Under the pieces are notes generated by a model. The model did no database searches, was not told the origin of the DNA, and worked only from the letters and a program-made list of their open reading frames with translations. From the NCBI GenBank assembly GCA_964291395.2, contig OZ219856.1:928001-992000 (forward strand): a stretch of 64,000 bases of DNA, in the 5' to 3' direction. Source of the stretch: Alphaproteobacteria bacterium. GTDB taxonomy: Bacteria; Pseudomonadota; Alphaproteobacteria; UBA2966. The translations under genes and the position numbers were made by a program. Positions within the stretch are counted from its first letter, which is position 1; each line of letters begins with the position of its first letter. Shown here piece by piece: positions 59,205 to 64,000 of the stretch.

Positions 59205-59702
59205 TTCCACATCAAATGCGCTCGTCTGCGCACAACTAGATGTTGATGCTCACCGGCCGACACGGGCGGTGGGCCTCAAGCTCGACGATCAATCGGCGGC
59301 ACTGGAACCGCAACTCTCCAGCGTCCGAGACCATCCACCGGTGGTCGTAGTGGCTGACGAACGGGTCCTGTGCGCATTTTCCCGTGCGGGCTCTCGGTGT
59401 GTTGAACGGCGCGTGGATTGGATGCCGATCAGCGCGGCAACTGTCTGGTATTGCGTGATCCGGGAGTGTCGCTATCGGAGCCAAGCAACATGGTCCGCCA
59501 TTGCCGCCGGCATGAACATTGAACGTCCGCTGGGCGAGACCACAGGGTTTGGATGTGGCTTTCCTTGGGTCGGCCGCCGGCCCTATCCATGTCGACGGAG
59601 CGGACCGTACAATTCGGGTCGACGACCAGTGAATGACCCGGCGGAAGAAGGCGATGCCGTCGGCCATCGCCGTGGATTCCAGCGGGACTTTCGACGGAGG
59701 GG

Positions 59703-60686
59703 ATGATGGACATCAGTTGTGCGTTTGCGCCGGTCACGGATACGCCGGACCACATTCGGCTTGCCGAGGAACTGGGGTTCCGCCGTGCCTGGGCGTTCGA
59801 TACGCCGGCGGTGCAACTCGACACCTACGCCACGCTGGCGGTGGCGGCGGTGAAGACCAGCCGCATCGAGCTGGGCCCCGGCGTGATCATCCCGAGCCTG
59901 CGCCATCCCATGGCCACGGCGTCGGCCATCGCCACGTTGGTCGGCTTGGCGCCGGGCCGCGTGAACATCGCGCTGGGCACCGGGTTCTCTGGACGTCTGG
60001 CCATGGGACAGAAGCCCAACAAGTGGGATTTCGTCGCCGAGTACGCACAGCAGGTTCAAGGTTTGCTCGCCGGTGAGATCGTTGAGGTCGAGGGCAGGAT
60101 GATCAAGATGCTGCACGGTCCGGGCCAGGCCCCCGAACGGCCCATCAGGATACCCATGCTGTTCGGCACTGCCGGCCCCAAAGGCGAAGCGCTCGCCCGC
60201 GAGCATGCGGACGGCATTTTCACGGTGATTCCCGTCAGCTCGGGTTTCGAATGGCAGTCCCTGCTGGTCCAGGGCACGGTCCTCGACCCCGGCGAGGATC
60301 CCGATTCTCCGCGCGTCATCGAGGCGGCCGGGGGCGGTGCTTCGGTCGTCTTTCACCGAGCCTACGACCGTCCGGCGCCGGGCCGGCCCAAGATGGAGGA
60401 ACTCAAAGGCGGCAGGGAATGGGTCGAGACGATCGAGTCGTTCGACCCCGGCGTACGCCATCTCCACACCCACGAGGGTCATCTGACGTTCGTCAACGAG
60501 ATCGATCGTAAGGTGATCACGGGCGACCTGATCATGAAGTATACCTTCACCGGCGAAGCGGCCGCGCTGCGGCGGCGGATCGAGGAACTCGAGGAAATCG
60601 GCGTGACCGAGATCGCCTTTCAACCTGCCGGGCCGGACGTCCCCCGCGAACTTCGCGCCTTCGCCGGTATGGCGGGCATCGGATGA
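59703..60686 (+). CDS. LLM-class flavin-dependent oxidoreductase
   Basis: AEELGF, TSRIELGPGV, RHPMATA, GRVNIALGTG. Confidence 0.9.
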   Translation: MMDISCAFAPVTDTPDHIRLAEELGFRRAWAFDTPAVQLDTYATLAVAAVKTSRIELGPGVIIPSLRHPMATASAIATLVGLAPGRVNIALGTGFSGRLAMGQKPNKWDFVAEYAQQVQGLLAGEIVEVEGRMIKMLHGPGQAPERPIRIPMLFGTAGPKGEALAREHADGIFTVIPVSSGFEWQSLLVQGTVLDPGEDPDSPRVIEAAGGGASVVFHRAYDRPAPGRPKMEELKGGREWVETIESFDPGVRHLHTHEGHLTFVNEIDRKVITGDLIMKYTFTGEAAALRRRIEELEEIGVTEIAFQPAGPDVPRELRAFAGMAGIG

Positions 60687-60846
60687 AGCGGGGTTCTCGA
60701 TGTCCGCGTGGGTCGGAGACAGGGGTTACGGTTTTGGTCGTGCCATCTCGCACGTCGGGCTGTACGATCTGGCGGCTTGCGAAGATCACGTAATCCGGCC
60801 GAATCCGGGAAGCGAGGTGCCGGCCATGACTTCCGAGGGCTGAACG

Positions 60847-62121
60847 ATGAACGAGCGAAAGGTCGTAGAACTTGCGAGGCGGGTCTTGCCCGGGGGGACT
60901 TTCGGCAATGTGCCGCACGAAATCGTCATCGCCGAGGGACGCGGCGGCCGGGTGTGGGATATCGACGGCAAGGAATACGTCGACTTCCTCCTCGGTTCGG
61001 GACCCATGCTCCTTGGCCACGCGCACCCGGAGGTCCTCGCCGTGGCGCAGGACCGCGTCGCCAAAGGCACCACGTTCTTCGCGAACAACGAGGAGGGAAT
61101 CCGGCTTGCCGCGGACATCGTCGATGCCGTCGCCTGCGTCGAGCAGGTGCGTTTCGTCAGTACGGGCTCGGAGGCCGACCTCTATGCGATGCGACTCGCC
61201 AGGGCCCACACGGGGCGCGACAAGATTCTCAAGTTCGAGGGCGGTTATCACGGCATGAGCGATTACGGGCTGATGAGCCTGGCGCCGGCGCGGTCGAGCA
61301 ATTTCCCGAGGCCGATCGCAGACTCGGCCGGGATCCCCAGGAGCGTCGAGGACGAGATGCTGGTGGCGCCTTACAACGACCTCGACACCGTGGCCGGCCT
61401 GATCCGCGAATATCGCGGTGAAATCGCCGCGATCATGGTGGAGCCATTTCAACGCATCATCCCGCCGCGGCCGGGATTCCTGGAAGGCCTGCGGGAGCTG
61501 ACCCGGGAGAACGGCTTGTTGCTCGTTTTCGACGAGGTCGTGACGGGCTTCCGTTTCGCGTACGGCGGGGCTCAGGAGTTTTACGGCGTTACCCCCGACC
61601 TTTGCACCATGGGCAAGGCGATCGGCGGCGGTTTCCCGCTCGCGGCCATCGGCGGTCGCGAAGACATCATGGCGCACTTCGACAAGGGGGTCGTGGGAGA
61701 GGACGCCTTCCTGATGCAGGTGGGCACGCTGTCCGGGAACCCGGTCGCCGCGGCGGCGGGCCGCAAGACCCTGGAAATCCTGCGACGGCCCGGCACCTTC
61801 GAGAACCTCTTCAAGACCGGCCGGGCGCTGATGGACGGATTTGCCGAGACCCTGGACAAGGCCGGAATCCCGGCGCGCGTGACCGGCGCGCCGCCGATGT
61901 TCGAGGTGGTCTTTACCGGCCAGGATGTCGTCGACTATCGCACCTCCCTGGGCGATCAGCGGATGACGGCGCGATGCAACGCCCTGTTGCGGGAACGCGG
62001 CGTCCTCAAGGGAGAGAACAAGTTCTACGTCTCGTGCGCCCACGACGAAGGGGACGTGGGCCACGCGCTCGACGCCTTCGCCGATTCGGTCGCCGAGCTG
62101 AGCCGCGGCGCGGCGGCGTGA
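60847..62121 (+). CDS. Class III aminotransferase (HemL-like)
   Basis: FEGGYHG, FDEVVTGFR, GKAIGGG, GTLSGNP. Confidence 0.92.
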   Translation: MNERKVVELARRVLPGGTFGNVPHEIVIAEGRGGRVWDIDGKEYVDFLLGSGPMLLGHAHPEVLAVAQDRVAKGTTFFANNEEGIRLAADIVDAVACVEQVRFVSTGSEADLYAMRLARAHTGRDKILKFEGGYHGMSDYGLMSLAPARSSNFPRPIADSAGIPRSVEDEMLVAPYNDLDTVAGLIREYRGEIAAIMVEPFQRIIPPRPGFLEGLRELTRENGLLLVFDEVVTGFRFAYGGAQEFYGVTPDLCTMGKAIGGGFPLAAIGGREDIMAHFDKGVVGEDAFLMQVGTLSGNPVAAAAGRKTLEILRRPGTFENLFKTGRALMDGFAETLDKAGIPARVTGAPPMFEVVFTGQDVVDYRTSLGDQRMTARCNALLRERGVLKGENKFYVSCAHDEGDVGHALDAFADSVAELSRGAAA

Positions 62122-62188
62122 TCGGGCGGAACCTGAACCGCTGGAAGATCCCGCATCATCTCACTTCATCCTGCCGATAACGTCCTGT

Positions 62189-63459
62189 ATGCGTATCGAA
62201 ATCCTGTGCACCGGTGACGAGATCCTCACCGGCAAGACGGTCAATACCAACTACAGCCATATGGCCCGGCGCCTCGAGGAGGTCGGCCTGTCCGTGACCT
62301 GGGGCACGACGGTCGGCGACGACCGGGAGAGCCTGTTGGCGGCGTTCCGGCAGGCGGCGGAGCGCGCGGACGCTGTCATCGTGAACGGTGGCCTGGGTCC
62401 GACGGTCGACGACCTGTCGCAGGAGGTGGCGGGCCAGGCGGCGGGCGTCGAGCTGGAGCTCGACGAGGGCTGGCTCGCCCGCATGCGGCAATACTACAGC
62501 CGCCGCAACCGGGTGATGCCCGAAGTCAACCGCAAGCAGGCGATGCTGCCCAAGGGCGCCGAGGTCCTCGACAACCCGATCGGGACCGCATGCGGGTTCG
62601 CCATCCGCATCGGGCCGGCGCGCTTCTATTTCACGCCCGGCGTGCCCCGTGAACTGCGCAAAATGCTCGACGAGCAGGTATTGCCCAGGCTGTTGAAGGC
62701 GAGCGGCCTGCAAGGCGTGACGCGAATGAAGCGATTCCATTCGTTCGGTATCGGCGAGTCACGTGCCGACGAACTGCTGCGCGGCGTGGAGTCGCTCGCG
62801 CCGAACGGCGGCGTAAAGCTTGGTTTTCAATCACATTATCCCCAGCTCGAAACCAAGCTGTGGCGCGCGGTGCCGATGCGGACGAAGTAGGGCGCGGGAT
62901 CGCTCCGGTGGCGGAAGAGATCCGGCGCCGCTACGGCAATTTCATCGTCGCCGAGGACGCCGACACCATCGAAAGTGTCATCCTTTCCAGCTTGGAGTCC
63001 CGCGCCGGGTCGCTTTCGACGGCGGAGATGTACACCGGCGGTGATTTGGCGGCGCGGATCGCTCCGCTCGAAGGGGCCGAGACCCTGTTCCGCCAGGGCG
63101 TCGTGGCCCGTGACCTCGCCAATCTTGCCGAGTCCGTCGGTCTCGACGAGGAAACGGCCGCCGCCGGTGTTACCACCGACGCGGCGTCCGCGGTCGCTGA
63201 AGCGCTCCGGGGAGACGGCGCGGCAAGTCACGCTCTTGCGGTACTCATCGAGCTGGACGAGGGCGAGGACAGGATGGAATTCGGCGCCAACGTCTGTATC
63301 GGAATCGCCGACGAGAACGGGACTGTCGTGCGATGGGCGCGCCTCATGGGCGGCCGTCAGTGGGTGCGTCTGGGTGCGGCGGAGATGGGTCTTGACTGCC
63401 TGCGGCGCCATCTCCTCGGCCTCCCCGTCGACGAGCGGGTCGATTTCGAGAAGCGCTGA
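62189..63459 (+). CDS. cinA: CinA-family protein, frameshift near 62860
   Basis: GDEILTG...NTN, GGLGPTVDDL, NPIGTACG, PGVPRE; C-terminal half continues in a second frame. Confidence 0.82.
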
Positions 63460-63490
63460 CGCACGACGCGCCACGCTCAAGCCGTCCCGG

Positions 63491-64000
63491 TCAGCGATGT
63501 TCCGGATGATCCGTCGAGTGCGAGTGGGGATGGTCGAAGCCCATCTCGTGCATCCGGTTGTGCAGACGCCGATAGGCGCTCTGGAGCAGAAGCCGCATTT
63601 CGGCCGTGCGCTTCGACTCCGCGCGCGTGCCGATGGTATCGAGGTACGCCATCGCCCCCTCGATCTGCTCGAGAATCGTCAGGGCGTCGGCCGCGGCGAA
63701 AAACGGTGAGCCCTCCACCTCGACCATTACGGGCGTCGAGTGGGCGGCGATCATCTCCGGTTTGTCCTCGTATTTCGCCCGCACGAGAAGCGCGAGCCAT
63801 GCGCTCCGGTCGATGTGGACCGACCAGTATCCGCCGTCCGCATCGGCTTTCACGGATCGGGATTCGCGGATCTCACCGTTGACGATCAACTCCACGCGCG
63901 TCATGGGAACCGTCGCGCTCGCCACGGTCCAAGTCACGTCCACAGTGCCGCCATCCGCGGTCAAGAGCATGCGCCGGCCCATTTCCCGGCCGTCCACGTC
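63491..64000 (-). CDS. C-terminus of a large hypothetical protein (possibly PHP/CehA-McbA-like hydrolase)
   Basis: Open frame running off window end; VELIVNGE, SAWLAL, AAHSTPV. Confidence 0.6.
   Translation of the reverse strand, partial: DVDGREMGRRMLLTADGGTVDVTWTVASATVPMTRVELIVNGEIRESRSVKADADGGYWSVHIDRSAWLALLVRAKYEDKPEMIAAHSTPVMVEVEGSPFFAAADALTILEQIEGAMAYLDTIGTRAESKRTAEMRLLLQSAYRRLHNRMHEMGFDHPHSHSTDHPEHR

Noticed and set aside
59236-59667. Possible SnoaL/dioxygenase beta-subunit remnant
   Set aside because: Only a vague resemblance in about 25 residues; cannot be supported without a search
1-64000. CRISPR array or cas genes
   Set aside because: No run of three or more regularly spaced repeats; the repeats found are pairs 1-5 kb apart; no cas-like ORF

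Overview
High-GC alphaproteobacterial (Rhodospirillales-like, inferred from gene order and protein motifs) chromosomal window. 1-15.9 kb is mostly core: plsY-pyrC-pyrB (plus an inserted tauD-tauD-prpD trio)-ruvX, gatCAB, two GSTs, an ornithine cyclodeaminase-family gene and an arylsulfatase. tRNA-Ser(GCT) at 15946-16038 is followed by a mosaic accessory region (about 16-50 kb). It holds an atypical IlvD-family enzyme, PiT-NUDIX, pyruvate carboxylase, six toxin-antitoxin modules, a decayed porin, an intact Cre-like tyrosine recombinase, an IS3 element plus three orphan IS3 ends, integrase remnants, and sulfatase, ABC and sulfite-oxidase-family genes. A sugar-acid catabolic cluster (50-59 kb) and LLM, aminotransferase and cinA genes follow. 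The most notable locus is the Cre-like recombinase. On one side is a 9-6-9 palindromic site whose arm and spacer recur, inverted, over the porin start codon. On the other side are a pseudoknot-capable structured leader and two identical 51-bp cores with structure-conserving flanks that bracket a hicAB pair. Four different modules in the island are each bounded by their own direct repeat. All calls are by eye from sequence and motifs; no database searches or folding computations were run.
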